A stretch of 64,000 bases of DNA from contig CAWAUM010000001.1 in NCBI GenBank assembly GCA_963785235.1, positions 160,001 through 224,000 of the forward strand, read 5' to 3'. A program made the translations under genes and the position numbers. Origin of the DNA: an uncultured delta proteobacterium. Its GTDB lineage: Bacteria > Desulfobacterota > Desulfomonilia > UBA1062. Of this stretch, positions 52,470 through 62,899 are shown piece by piece (the first letter of the stretch is position 1; each line of letters opens with the position of its first letter). Under the pieces are notes generated by a model. The model did not search any database and was not told the DNA's origin. It saw nothing but the letters and a program-made list of their open reading frames with translations.

Positions 52470-54536
52470 ATGTCTAAAAAAATCATGCTTGCTTTGTGTA
52501 TTCACTCCCACCAGCCGGTGGGTAATTATGCAAGTGTTTTTGAACAGGGAGCCAGGGAATGCTATCTGCCTTTTCTGAGGCTCCTGAAGGAGTACCCGGA
52601 TATTCGGGCAACGCTCCACTATACCGGGCCGTTACTTGAATGGTTCGATCAGAATTCACCGGAATTTTTCGAGCTGCTTTCCCTGCTGGTGGAAAGATCA
52701 CAGGTGGAACTCATGGGGGGTGGTTTTTATGAGCCCATTCTGCCCGTTATCCCCGAAAGAGATGTTCATAAACAGATTGAATATACGAAAGACTATATGA
52801 AAAACAGGTTCGGTGTGGTCCCCCGGGGCATGTGGTGCACGGAGAGGATCTGGGACCCAAGCCTCCCGAAAAAGATCAACTCCGGGGCAAAGGTTGAATA
52901 TACCCTGCTCGATGACAGCCATTTTCTTTCTGCCGGTCTTTGCCCGGATGATGTCCATGGATATTACATAACCGAAAGGGAGGGATATGCCCTTAAGGTG
53001 TTTCCCATTGACATGCACCTGCGCTACCTCATCCCTTTCAAAGAGCCCAATGAAATTATTGACTATATCCTCCATCTGAAGGCTAAGGGGGTGAATGTAA
53101 TCACCTATGGAGACGATGGGGAAAAATTCGGCATGTGGCCGGGGACATTCAAATGGGTGATAGAGCAGGGATGGCTCAGGCGTTTCTTTGATGCCATGCT
53201 GAAGGTTTCAAACGAGATTGAGATTGTTCCCCTGTCTCACGCCCTGGACAGTTATCCCCCCAACGGGCTCGTCTACCTGCCTACGGCAACCTATCAGGAA
53301 ATGATGGAATGGAGCCTCCTTGCCCCTCAGGGCAGATACTATGAAGAACTGGTGAAGAGGGCAAAAACGGAGCACGACTGGGACCGCAAGCGCGCATTTT
53401 TAAGGGGCGGCATGTGGGACAACTTCCTCTCCAAGTATCGTGAGTCTAATCTGATGCATAAAAAGATGCTGAAGGTGAGCTCACTGGTGCAGACATATGG
53501 GAAAGGGTCTGACGATGCCATGAAGCATCTCCTCATGGGGCAATGTAATTGCCCCTACTGGCATGGCCTTTTCGGTGGAATCTATATCGGGGCCCTCAGG
53601 CATGCCATCTATGAGAATCTTCTGAAGGCCGAACAGATCATCGATGAAAACCGTATGGGCGGTTCCCCCTGGATTGTTGAACAGGTTGACCACGACGTTG
53701 ATGGGTACGAAGAGGTGCTCATTTCGGGGAAGATACTCAATTGCTATATCTCTCCACAGGACAATGCCTCTGTCTTCGGCCTTGAATACAAGCCCAAGCA
53801 TTACAGTCTCTCCAATATCCTCATGCGTAACCCTGAAATTTACCACAAGGATGTGCTCAATCCCCAGTCGCACAAAAAGAAAAAGTCAGCCGATGAGCCG
53901 TTGTCGATTCATGACATTGCCCATGAAACTCCGGAAGAGTTCAAAGAACTTCTGGTGTACGACACCTACCGGAAGAATTCCTTCATTACCCATTATCTTG
54001 AGTCACCTGCCTCAGTCGAGAAGATCCTCAAAGAAAACCGGATCGGCACCTCGCTGACTGATCATCTCCCGTTCCAGCTTGTGTCCAGCGTTGACAATGC
54101 AGACAGTGTTTCCCTTACGTTTGCCGGCACACAGGGTACTCTGGAGATAAGCAAAACATACCGGTATGACCCTGCCGGATCCATCACGTTATCTCATGTA
54201 ATATCCCCCTTAAGTGACAATACATGGGTCGTCATTGAATGGAACATATTCACCCTTACCGGCGAGAGGCCTTTTGTTGACACGCAGGCCATGGAGAATG
54301 ACCGGGGTGTTTACCGGGCTCACTGCGTTGAGATCAAGGACAGCTACAGTGGGCTCACCATCAGGATTGAGTCCGGATCTTTCTGGGTTGTCTGCATCGT
54401 GCCCATTGAATGTGTATCGCAATGTGAGGATGGCTTTGAAAAGACATTCCAGGGGTGGAGTGTATATTTCATGCAGCAATGCCAGAAAACTGTTCCTGAT
54501 GTCACGCTCAACGTGTTCTCGGAAAGTCAGGGTTGA
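52470..54536 (+). CDS. GH57 alpha-amylase / 4-alpha-glucanotransferase
   Basis: HSHQPVGN, GGFYEPIL, GMWCTERIW (catalytic Glu), DDGEKFG (catalytic Asp), QCNCPYWHGLFGG. Confidence 0.92.
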   Translation: MSKKIMLALCIHSHQPVGNYASVFEQGARECYLPFLRLLKEYPDIRATLHYTGPLLEWFDQNSPEFFELLSLLVERSQVELMGGGFYEPILPVIPERDVHKQIEYTKDYMKNRFGVVPRGMWCTERIWDPSLPKKINSGAKVEYTLLDDSHFLSAGLCPDDVHGYYITEREGYALKVFPIDMHLRYLIPFKEPNEIIDYILHLKAKGVNVITYGDDGEKFGMWPGTFKWVIEQGWLRRFFDAMLKVSNEIEIVPLSHALDSYPPNGLVYLPTATYQEMMEWSLLAPQGRYYEELVKRAKTEHDWDRKRAFLRGGMWDNFLSKYRESNLMHKKMLKVSSLVQTYGKGSDDAMKHLLMGQCNCPYWHGLFGGIYIGALRHAIYENLLKAEQIIDENRMGGSPWIVEQVDHDVDGYEEVLISGKILNCYISPQDNASVFGLEYKPKHYSLSNILMRNPEIYHKDVLNPQSHKKKKSADEPLSIHDIAHETPEEFKELLVYDTYRKNSFITHYLESPASVEKILKENRIGTSLTDHLPFQLVSSVDNADSVSLTFAGTQGTLEISKTYRYDPAGSITLSHVISPLSDNTWVVIEWNIFTLTGERPFVDTQAMENDRGVYRAHCVEIKDSYSGLTIRIESGSFWVVCIVPIECVSQCEDGFEKTFQGWSVYFMQQCQKTVPDVTLNVFSESQG

Positions 54537-54598
54537 GGATTTCAGCCATGGATATGCGTTCACCCGTAGCCTCATTATAAGGGACCTGAAAAGGAAAG

Positions 54599-55297
54599 AT
54601 GCCGAGGTTTTTTGCTGAGATCACCCGGTTTCCTCTAGCCATCATTGCCGGCAAGGGAGCTGTGCGCCATATCACTGGCCCCTTAAGGAAGCGCAGCGGT
54701 GACAAGATCGCTATCCGGGTTGGGAACCGGGGCTTCCAGGCAAAGATCTCATCCATTGGTTCAGAAGAGATCCTGCTTGATATAATTGACGAAGAGGCCC
54801 TTCAGGACAGAAGCACGGCACACGTGCACCTGGCAATGTGCCTCTTCGACCTGAAGGATCTCGATGATGCCATCCGGTGCACAACGGAACTCGGTGTTTC
54901 AGGTATCTACCCGGTCATATCATCAAGGTCGAACATACGCTCCATAACCGAGGCTCGATTTGCACGGTGGCAGTCTATAATCCTTGAGGCGGTTAAACAG
55001 TGCGACAGGATGACAACCCCCGTCATCCACCGGCCGGTGTCTCTTGATACATTCATGGGTGAAGCATCTTCCCTGTGGGACACAAGGCTTGTGGCCCATA
55101 AAGAGGCGCAACATTCCATACTCGAATTCACGGGAAGCGATTGTTGTATTCTTATTGGTCCTGAAGGAGGGCTTTCTTCAGAAGAGCTTCGGCTGATTAC
55201 CCGGGGCGGTTTTATTCCGGTGAGATTGGGGAATACGATTCTCAGGTCTACCACGGCAGCAATGTGCGCTGTAAGTGTTCTTGGTCTGAATAAATAG
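54599..55297 (+). CDS. rsmE: 16S rRNA m3U1498 methyltransferase
   Basis: MPRFF, TELGV, EAVKQC.R, IGPEGGLS..E, LG..ILR.TTA. Confidence 0.9.
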   Translation: MPRFFAEITRFPLAIIAGKGAVRHITGPLRKRSGDKIAIRVGNRGFQAKISSIGSEEILLDIIDEEALQDRSTAHVHLAMCLFDLKDLDDAIRCTTELGVSGIYPVISSRSNIRSITEARFARWQSIILEAVKQCDRMTTPVIHRPVSLDTFMGEASSLWDTRLVAHKEAQHSILEFTGSDCCILIGPEGGLSSEELRLITRGGFIPVRLGNTILRSTTAAMCAVSVLGLNK

Positions 55298-55336
55298 GGC
55301 ATCATCCGCCGGGTTGCGGATGATGCCCTGTTTATT
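55289..55336. terminator. Bidirectional terminator hairpin
   Basis: AATAAATAGGGCATCATCCGC-N6-GCGGATGATGCCCTGTTTATT between convergent genes. Confidence 0.8.
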
Positions 55337-55343
55337 GCTTCGA

Positions 55344-57632
55344 TTACTTGGCCTTTCCTGATTGGAGGCGTGTGAGCTGCGCCTGCGCCTGTTGTTTTTC
55401 CGGGAACTGTTTGGTGCCGGCCAGGGATTTTTTCAGGTATGCAACAGCCTCAGTGTCTCGCTTGAGATCCATCAGGGCTAATGCCATATGATAGAGTATG
55501 GTCGGCTCATCTCCCAGTTTCTCTGAGGCCATCTGGAACTGGCCTAAGGCGTTATCGGGCAGGCCCTTTTTCAGATAGACGTAACCAAGGGTATCTGCAA
55601 CCCTTGGATCGTCAGGGTACATATCCTTGGCCGTTTGAGCTAATGTAAGGGCCTTATCAAGATCTCCCTTCTTTCCCTTCTCAGCGAGAACCCAGGCCAG
55701 GTTGTTTGCCGCAAGGCCATTTTTCGGGTTCTTGTCGAGGATATACTTATACACCTTTTGAGCAGACTCAAGATCCCCGGAGCTCTGATGGAGCAGGGCG
55801 AGCATGGTCGCTGCAGCAATATCATTGGGATTCTTGTTCAGGATAGCCTCATACTCCTCCAGGGCATTCTTCACCATGTTGTTCCGTGCATAGTATTGGG
55901 CCAGGACATGGTAGAATGCATCTTTTTTAGGGTCGAGCCCTATGGCTGTCTTTATCTCTGAGAGTGCCTCATCTTTCTTCCCCGAACCTTCCAGAAGTGC
56001 TGATAGTATCATATGGCAGCTTGCCGTACCTTTTGCGGTGCAGATGCCTTTTACCTTTGTAACGGCCCCGGGCCATCCGATTACCCCAGGGGCTGTGTAG
56101 GCAAAGAGCGATAAGGCCTCGTCATTTTGAGGGTAGAGGGTAACTGCGCGCTCAGCTATGAGGTAAGCATTCTTTTTATCATTTTGGTCCAGGTAGTAGC
56201 GGATTTGTGCATGGAGAGTGATCCATTCATTAGGAGAGATGGTTTTCATGGTTTCGATGTATGGCAGGGCCGCCTGGGGGCCTGAAGTCCTGAGCGCAGA
56301 CAGCGCACCGATATAGAGGATGTCAGGGGTGTTCACCGAATGTTTGACAAGGATTTCGGTTTCCGCAACTGCGGCCTTGAATTCGCCCTGGAGGAAGTGG
56401 ATTTTTGCCATCATCCTGTGGAGCTGAATATTCTGAGCATTCTCCTTAAGGGAATTCTCAACAAGTTCCTTGGCCTTTTTCACGTCACCTTTCATGATGT
56501 AGGCCTGTGCTGCTGTTGATGCAACATCCGGGGTTAGGGGAGCCCTTTTCAGGGGTTCACTGAGCATCTCTATGGCCTTGGTGCTGTCTTTTTCATCCAG
56601 GAATATCCGGGCAAGCATGATTCTTGATAATATGTCGCCGGGATCCTTCTCCATTGTCTCGGTAAGCAATTTCTTTGCCTGAGCAGCGTCTTTTTTCTCC
56701 AGGAGGATCTGTGCGATAAGGGTGCGGATCTGGGTTGAATCTTTCAGCTCGCGGGCTTTTTGAGCTGTTTTCAAGGCGCCGTCCAGGTCATGCTTCTTGT
56801 GGAGTATGGAGGACTCCAGGAGATAAGGTTCAGGGCTTTGCGGAGAGTTCTTTTTCAACGCTGCAAGCTGGGCCTGATAAAGGTCCTCCATGTCATGGCG
56901 GGCATAGAACATGGCCAAAGCAACCCCGGCAGAGACATTGCCGCCTGAAACACGATAGGCCTCTTCGGCCCACTTCCTGGCAGTGGCAAGGTCTTTCTTG
57001 AGCGCATAGATATCGCTTGCTACAAAACGCAGCTTTGTTGATTTGGGGAACAGGGGGGTTCCCTTATTTACCAAGGTTATGGCATCATCGACCCTTCCCA
57101 CAGACATATACATTTGAATGGTATTTATATACATATCCTCTGTGGGATTCTGTACCGCAAGAAGCCCTTCCATGACCTTAATCCCTTGCTCCCGCTTCCC
57201 GTTCATGAACAGGGATTGCGCCAGTACCTCTTTTGCGAGAATATTCTTTGAGTCGGTTTGAAGGATCGTGGAGGCCTGCTGTTCTGCCAGATCAAATCTT
57301 TTAGCGAGCAGGAGCATGGAAGCGAGGTATTCTCTGGACTTTACATTCTTTGGATCAGCTTGAGAGGCCTTCATGAAGGCAGAGTATGCCTCCTGCGGAC
57401 GGCTCAGTTTCAGCTGCGCCTCACCAAGGCTGATGAGTGTTTTAACATCATCGGGGGTTATCTGCAGGGCATTCTGGTATTGGATCGCGGCCTCTGCATA
57501 TTTCCCCTTGTCCAGGTATTTCTGAGCGCTTGAGAGGTAGTCCTGCCGTTTTTCCTGCGGGCTCTTGCTGCATCCGTTAAGGACAACCATTGAAATAAAA
57601 ATAAGCACTAAGAGCAGAGTGATCCTCTTCAT
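55344..57632 (-). CDS. TPR-repeat lipoprotein, PrsT-like (PEP-CTERM system associated)
   Basis: Lipobox LNG-C, A.IQYQNALQ, many TPRs, C-terminal AANNLAW...DTLGYVY...YHMALAL. Confidence 0.75.
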   Translation of the reverse strand: MKRITLLLVLIFISMVVLNGCSKSPQEKRQDYLSSAQKYLDKGKYAEAAIQYQNALQITPDDVKTLISLGEAQLKLSRPQEAYSAFMKASQADPKNVKSREYLASMLLLAKRFDLAEQQASTILQTDSKNILAKEVLAQSLFMNGKREQGIKVMEGLLAVQNPTEDMYINTIQMYMSVGRVDDAITLVNKGTPLFPKSTKLRFVASDIYALKKDLATARKWAEEAYRVSGGNVSAGVALAMFYARHDMEDLYQAQLAALKKNSPQSPEPYLLESSILHKKHDLDGALKTAQKARELKDSTQIRTLIAQILLEKKDAAQAKKLLTETMEKDPGDILSRIMLARIFLDEKDSTKAIEMLSEPLKRAPLTPDVASTAAQAYIMKGDVKKAKELVENSLKENAQNIQLHRMMAKIHFLQGEFKAAVAETEILVKHSVNTPDILYIGALSALRTSGPQAALPYIETMKTISPNEWITLHAQIRYYLDQNDKKNAYLIAERAVTLYPQNDEALSLFAYTAPGVIGWPGAVTKVKGICTAKGTASCHMILSALLEGSGKKDEALSEIKTAIGLDPKKDAFYHVLAQYYARNNMVKNALEEYEAILNKNPNDIAAATMLALLHQSSGDLESAQKVYKYILDKNPKNGLAANNLAWVLAEKGKKGDLDKALTLAQTAKDMYPDDPRVADTLGYVYLKKGLPDNALGQFQMASEKLGDEPTILYHMALALMDLKRDTEAVAYLKKSLAGTKQFPEKQQAQAQLTRLQSGKAK

Positions 57633-57922
57633 AATTCCCCCTGTAGTAAATGGGTTCACGATAACACAGTTGGCAAAAGAGGAAAAGGAACAAGAAGCTT
57701 CTAAGGGTGAAATCATTCGTATTATCTCCATGTTCTTGTGAACTGCTTAAAATTTCATGTAAATTGTCATTGACGACTCAGGGGATCATCTGTGATAGAA
57801 CAGAGCAGTGATCTATTTTCATGCCTTAGTAAACGATCTTGTGTGCTGGAATGATAAACAATCGAACAATGGGCTTTGTGAGCTATTTAAATTTAATAGA
57901 TGTTTTTCCGATGTAGGGTAAG

Positions 57923-59275
57923 ATGAGAAGGTTTTTTTCAACAGCCATACTATTTGTTCTTGATATTATTGTTGCCGGCGGTTCTGTGTACGTCGCGAAG
58001 TTTATTCAGAGGTTTCTTCCCGGGGTAAGCCTTCCGGATGAATTCATGTGGATTAAGGCATGTGTATATACCCTTATCACGCTCGTTTGTTTCTATTTCC
58101 AGGAACTTTATGACTGGAAATACTGGAAAAAGGCCTCAGAGCTTATTTCTTCCATCCTTCTTGGTGAAGGCCTGACGCTGATCATTCTTGCCTTAATTTA
58201 TTATATTCTCACCAGCATCAGTCTTGAAAGAGATGTGCTTCTCATGGCTATTGCCATAACATCCGGATTTTCATTTATGTTCCGTCTCCTCTACCTCAAA
58301 TTGCGATTCACCCACTATGCCGGTTTAAAGGTGGTGATTTTAGGTGATGGAGAGAATGCCAAGTTCCTGTTTCGAGAAATTCGCTCCGGCGGCTATCCCG
58401 TAATCTTTGAAGGGTATATCGGCCGCAGCAACTGGGATTTGCCGTTACGGTGCCTGGGTGAAGCCCCCTCTCTGGTCGATATTGTACATAAAATTGATCC
58501 CGATGTCCTCGTTGTTGCACCGGATGGCTGGCGGGGAACCCTGCCCATTGAGGCCTTACTCAAGATAAAGTTCACCTTGTGTGAAGTCATTGACAGTCCA
58601 ACCTTCTATGAGCGGATAACCGGCAGAATTCTTGTTGAAGAGATCCGCCCAAGCTCCATAATATTTACAAGGGGTTTTCAGAGCGCACGATTTGAAGACC
58701 TCATCAAGCGCCTGTTTGACCTGGTCTTCGCCCTGTTCGGGCTTATCATTACAGCACCGATCATGCTGCTCACCGCTATTGCCATCCGCATCGAATCTCC
58801 GGGTCCCATCTTCTATCTCCAGCACAGGGTCGGTATGGATGGTAAGGATTTCAAGGTGATCAAGTTCAGATCCATGCGTCAGGATGCAGAGAAAGACGGT
58901 CCCAAGTGGGCCAGCCAGAACGATCCCCGCATCACCCAAGTGGGCAGGATCATCAGGAAGCTGAGGATGGACGAACTGCCCCAGTTTATCAATGTGATTA
59001 AAAACGATATGAGCTTTGTGGGCCCGAGGCCTGAGAGGCGCTATTTCGTGGATCAACTCGAAAAGGCCATACCCTTCTATGCCTTGCGGATGCATGCGAA
59101 ACCGGGGATTACAGGCTGGGCTCAGATCAATTACCCATATGGCGATACCTTTGAAGATGCCAAGGAGAAGCTGAAATTTGAGCTCTATTACATGAAGCAC
59201 CGCTCCATGTGGCTCGATCTCGTAATCATCTTCCAGACCATCAAGGTGGCGATCAAGGGCAAAGGGTCGCAATAG
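57923..59275 (+). CDS. Large phosphoglycosyl transferase, PEP-CTERM/XrtA-associated type
   Basis: Four N-terminal TM, FYERITGRI, KFRSM, DELPQ, MSFVGPRPER, KPGITGWAQINYPYG. Confidence 0.88.
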   Translation: MRRFFSTAILFVLDIIVAGGSVYVAKFIQRFLPGVSLPDEFMWIKACVYTLITLVCFYFQELYDWKYWKKASELISSILLGEGLTLIILALIYYILTSISLERDVLLMAIAITSGFSFMFRLLYLKLRFTHYAGLKVVILGDGENAKFLFREIRSGGYPVIFEGYIGRSNWDLPLRCLGEAPSLVDIVHKIDPDVLVVAPDGWRGTLPIEALLKIKFTLCEVIDSPTFYERITGRILVEEIRPSSIIFTRGFQSARFEDLIKRLFDLVFALFGLIITAPIMLLTAIAIRIESPGPIFYLQHRVGMDGKDFKVIKFRSMRQDAEKDGPKWASQNDPRITQVGRIIRKLRMDELPQFINVIKNDMSFVGPRPERRYFVDQLEKAIPFYALRMHAKPGITGWAQINYPYGDTFEDAKEKLKFELYYMKHRSMWLDLVIIFQTIKVAIKGKGSQ

Positions 59276-59287
59276 TTGCTCGATACT

Positions 59288-59316
59288 TGTAGGAGCGGCT
59301 TCAGCCGCGATCGCGG
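59288..59316 (+). repeat. GTAG-type REP-like element
   Basis: TGTAGGAGCGGCTTCAGCCGCGA (GTAG foot plus GCGGCT-TC-AGCCGC palindrome) then TCGCGG, between convergent genes. Confidence 0.65.
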
Positions 59317-59326
59317 AAAATCTATT

Positions 59327-60073
59327 TTACAAGGTACTCAGAATAACAGGCCCGTCCGCGGTAATAGCGATGCTGTGTTCGAAATGTGCAGACAGGGATC
59401 CGTCGGCGGTAACGGCTGTCCAGCCGTCATTACGTATGGCAACCTTCCATGTCCCTTCATTGACCATGGGTTCAATGGCAAAGGTCATGCCCTCCTGAAG
59501 CACAGGGCCGGAGCCCTTCTTTCCGAAATTGGGGATCTGAGGGTCTTCATGGAGGCCCCTGCCGATGCCGTGGCCTACAAATTCTCTCACTACAAAGAAT
59601 CCTGCTGATTCAACAACCTTCTGGATAGCTTCCGAGATGTCATGAAGGTGATTTCCGGCAACCGCCTTGCTGATGCCCTCATAAAGGGATTTCTCCGTCA
59701 CCTCCATGAGATGCCTGGCCTTCTTGGATATGGTGCCCACGGCATAGGTCTTGGATGCATCCGAGTAGAAGCCGTTGTGTATCGCCCCCACATCAATGCT
59801 CACGATATCACCGGCTGTAAGCTTGCGGGGCCCGGGTATGCCGTGGATTACTTCTTCGTTTATGGAGGTGCACAGCGTGGCAGGGTAGCCGCTGTAGCCT
59901 TTGAAGGCAGGGGCTGCACTGTGTGAGCGAATGAACAGCTCAGCCTCTTTGTCGAGTTCGGCCGTGGTGATTCCCGGCTGGATCATTGGCCCCATGTGCT
60001 CGAACAGGAGGGCCAGAATCCTGTTTCCCTCCCGCATTATTGCTATTTCCTGGGGCGTTTTAAGGATGATCAT
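59327..60073 (-). CDS. map: Type I methionine aminopeptidase
   Basis: SINEEVIHGIP, SIDVG, D, GHGIG..LHEDP, AIEPMVN, SAHFEHS. Confidence 0.96.
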   Translation of the reverse strand: MIILKTPQEIAIMREGNRILALLFEHMGPMIQPGITTAELDKEAELFIRSHSAAPAFKGYSGYPATLCTSINEEVIHGIPGPRKLTAGDIVSIDVGAIHNGFYSDASKTYAVGTISKKARHLMEVTEKSLYEGISKAVAGNHLHDISEAIQKVVESAGFFVVREFVGHGIGRGLHEDPQIPNFGKKGSGPVLQEGMTFAIEPMVNEGTWKVAIRNDGWTAVTADGSLSAHFEHSIAITADGPVILSTL

Positions 60074-60948
60074 CCATCCAGGACCTTTTTCAGGGGATAT
60101 TCGATAATGCCCCGTGCACCGGCCTTCAACAGCTCCGGCATCAATGACCGCGCCTGGGATTCATTGATGATGATTTCCAGTGAATACCAGTTCGGGTTAT
60201 GCAGCGGCGAGACCGTGGGTGAAGTGATGGCCGGCAGCATGTCGATGACGGCATCAAGCTTTTCCTTGGGTGCATTCATCTTCAGTCCCACCATGCCTGT
60301 GGCCTGCAGGGCCGCCTTGAGCATGAGGGAGATCTGCTCGATCTTGGCGCGTTTGGCAGGGTCCTTCCAGGATTCTTTGTTGGCAATGAGCTTCGTATTG
60401 GTTACGAGCAGGGTATCTATTATCTTCAGGTTGTGTGCCTTAATGGTGGACCCGGTCTCGGTAACTTCCACGATGGCATCCGCCAGGCCTTCCACCACCT
60501 TTGCCTCTGTGGCGCCCCAGGAGAATTCAACCTCCACGTTGATGTTTCTCTCCTTGAAGAACTTTTTCGTGAAGTTCACCAGTTCCGTGGCGATCTTCTT
60601 GCCTTCAAGGTCTTCAAGTTTCTTGATGGAGGATTTCTCATCCACGGCCAGAACCCACTTGGCAGGCTTGTAGGTGGCCTTTGAGTAGATGAGGTCAGCC
60701 ACCTCCACCACATCGGATTCATTTTCGAGGATCCAGTCCCTGCCGGTCAGCGCAAGATCGAACAGGCCTGATTCAACATACCTCGATACCTCCTGCGCCC
60801 TCACCAGGGCACATTCGATGTCCGCGTCATCAATGGAGGGAAAATAGCTCCGCGATGACGTGCCGATTATCCATCCTGCATCCCTGAACAGCTCAACGGT
60901 GGAGGTCTGCAGGCTTCCCTTGGGTATTGCCAAACGGATCAGGCTCAT
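60070..60948 (-). CDS. hisG: ATP phosphoribosyltransferase, long form
   Basis: [37 protein letters not shown]-terminal regulatory domain (SPTVSPL). Confidence 0.95.
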   Translation of the reverse strand: MSLIRLAIPKGSLQTSTVELFRDAGWIIGTSSRSYFPSIDDADIECALVRAQEVSRYVESGLFDLALTGRDWILENESDVVEVADLIYSKATYKPAKWVLAVDEKSSIKKLEDLEGKKIATELVNFTKKFFKERNINVEVEFSWGATEAKVVEGLADAIVEVTETGSTIKAHNLKIIDTLLVTNTKLIANKESWKDPAKRAKIEQISLMLKAALQATGMVGLKMNAPKEKLDAVIDMLPAITSPTVSPLHNPNWYSLEIIINESQARSLMPELLKAGARGIIEYPLKKVLDG

Positions 60949-61326
60949 TTCTTGTATACCTCTTTCGGGTCAAAGACCCTTATACCGTCTTCGACCAGGA
61001 TTCCTTTTTCTATCTTTCTGAAGAAGCATGAACGGAAACCGGTGTGGCAGGCAGCCCCTCCAACCTGATTCACCTTGAGCACAATGGTATCCTGGTCACA
61101 GTCTATGCGGATTTCCACAACGTCCTGAACATTACCGGATTCCTCACCCTTTCTCCAGAGCTTGTTCCGGGAGCGGCTGAAGTAGCATGCCCTGCCTGGT
61201 GCGCATGGTTTCATCGAATGATTCCTGATTCATATAGGCGAGCATCAGGATCTCGCCGGTGGCTGCATCCTGCGCGATGGCGGGGACAAGCCCGCCTGAC
61301 TTTGCGAAATCGACCAGATTTTCCAT
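60945..61326 (-). CDS. hisI: Phosphoribosyl-AMP cyclohydrolase; +1 frameshift near 61197
   Basis: [16 protein letters not shown] | YFSRSR..LW.KGEESG, DCDQD, GAACHTG..SCF; AGGAGG SD. Confidence 0.92.
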
Positions 61327-61411
61327 CAAATGCCTCCTGAATGCTGAGCCTTAACAGGTTTTTACAAAGCGTGTCAAGGGGACAAGGTCTGTGTTGAAAC
61401 GGGTTGAAACG

Positions 61412-62266
61412 GGGGACGGGTTCTCATTTCACAGTCCAACCGTCATTTTCCGTTTCGGTTTTCTCCCCACTTTCTTCAAATCAAATGTCCTCCCGAGCAC
61501 CCTCGTCATCTCAAGTTGAAATCTGCTGTTTCCATAAGCCCAATTCCTCTGGATCGATTCCCGTATGCTCTTCCACTCCTCTTCGTGAACACGGTTCTGA
61601 ACGAAGTCCCTATATTTCTGCTGTCTCTGTTTGTCTGTATCCCCAAGTCCCAGATAGCATGGATCAGCATCCAGGATAGAATGAACTCCTGCACCCACAC
61701 CTATCTTTGCCCGGTAGCTGCTGTAACGGTATTCTTCAGGTTTTTCTACGATACCTGCCCTGACAGGGTTCATCTCGATATACCTGCTGCATGCAAGCAT
61801 ATACTGGTCGGTTGATATTGCACTACTCTTGAAACGGCCTTCCCACAAAGTCCCGCTCCTTTTCTGATATCTGTTAATATACTGCACATGTCTCTGACTT
61901 ACATGCTTCACGAATTTTGCCAGGTCTTCTCCTGTTGCCTCAGACTCTGCTATCAGATGAAAATGGTTTGTCATCAGGGCATAGCTGTATATTCTGCAGG
62001 AGTACTTCTGTTTCGCCAGTGACATCACATCCAGAAAGAATGCATAGTCCTCGTCATTGAAGAATATCGCCTGGCGGTTGTTTCCCCGGTTGAGTACGTG
62101 ATATGGAGTTCTGGCTATTGCCCCTCGTGCATATCTACCCATGGTATCTGGCATCCATTAACAAGTGATTTCAACTAATACATCTCTACAATATCAGTTT
62201 TTCATGCGCAAAGCTACACATTGAAATGAGAGTCATAAACAAGGAAAGAAATGAGAACCCGTCCCC
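61412..62266. mobile_element. Y1/HUH element bounded by perfect 19-bp inverted repeats
   Basis: GGGGACGGGTTCTCATTTC at 61412-61430 and GAAATGAGAACCCGTCCCC at 62248-62266. Confidence 0.7.
61429..62142 (-). CDS. RAYT-like Y1 tyrosine transposase (IS200-superfamily HUH endonuclease)
   Basis: YHVLNRGNNRQAIF, YALMTNHFH (HUH), GTLWEGRFKS, RYIEMNPVRAG (catalytic Tyr), YRYSSY. Confidence 0.9.
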   Translation of the reverse strand: MGRYARGAIARTPYHVLNRGNNRQAIFFNDEDYAFFLDVMSLAKQKYSCRIYSYALMTNHFHLIAESEATGEDLAKFVKHVSQRHVQYINRYQKRSGTLWEGRFKSSAISTDQYMLACSRYIEMNPVRAGIVEKPEEYRYSSYRAKIGVGAGVHSILDADPCYLGLGDTDKQRQQKYRDFVQNRVHEEEWKSIRESIQRNWAYGNSRFQLEMTRVLGRTFDLKKVGRKPKRKMTVGL

Positions 62267-62296
62267 AATTTAACAATTAGAACCCGTCCCCAATTT
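62254..62296 (+). repeat. Direct duplication of the right repeat end
   Basis: AGAACCCGTCCCCAATTT at 62254-62271 and 62279-62296. Confidence 0.85.
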
Positions 62297-62308
62297 ATCC
62301 CCTACAAT

Positions 62309-62680
62309 TTAATTCCGGAGATGCACCGGCAATACTGCATGGAGTTTCCGATCAAGTGTCCAGACCGTAGCACCTACTCTCAAGGCGGCACTCATTATGG
62401 CTGCATCTATCAGACCTACCCCTTTTGACAGCAGCTTGTTCGTATTTGAATACTTACCTGCCTCTATCCAGATGCCCTGTGCATCAATCTTGGATATATT
62501 GTTCCAATAGTCCAGGATTACATCGGATTCACGCTTGTTCTTGGCTCCCTGAAGAAGCTCGGCGAATATCCACTCCAGAGCGATTATTTTACGACTCTCC
62601 AATAGTGTTTTAACAGCAGGGTAAATCTCGTCGTTTGCTTTGAAAAACTCAATCCAGACAGAGGTGTCGAGGATAACCAT
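62309..62680 (-). CDS. vapC: PIN-domain toxin (VapC-like)
   Basis: ILDTSVWIEFF, ELLQG, GLIDAAI, WTLD. Confidence 0.88.
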   Translation of the reverse strand: MVILDTSVWIEFFKANDEIYPAVKTLLESRKIIALEWIFAELLQGAKNKRESDVILDYWNNISKIDAQGIWIEAGKYSNTNKLLSKGVGLIDAAIMSAALRVGATVWTLDRKLHAVLPVHLRN

Positions 62681-62892
62681 TATCTGCGATTTATGGAACG
62701 TACGTTCTCAGCCGAAAAACCCTTTAAAAATTCGAGCGGCTTGTCTTTCACGCTCCCGTTCAATTCCTTAATCTTCTTGAGAGCAAGCCATTCCTCAAGT
62801 GCAATGGTCAAGCTCTCTGTTAAGGTTTTACCTTTGGCATAATGTCTAAGTTCATGAACAAGGTCGTCAGGGATAAGTGCTGTAACCTTCAT
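62680..62892 (-). CDS. VapB-like antitoxin (DUF2191-like, RHH)
   Basis: MKVTALIPDDLV.E......KT.TE.L..AL; 70 aa; TAATG coupling to the PIN gene. Confidence 0.8.
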   Translation of the reverse strand: MKVTALIPDDLVHELRHYAKGKTLTESLTIALEEWLALKKIKELNGSVKDKPLEFLKGFSAENVRSINRR

Positions 62893-62899
62893 AAGATCA

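Noticed and set aside
61391-61412. GTTGAAAC twice, resembling the 3' end of CRISPR repeats
   Set aside because: Only two abutting 10-mers, no spacers, no cas genes; better read as an end duplication of the HUH element
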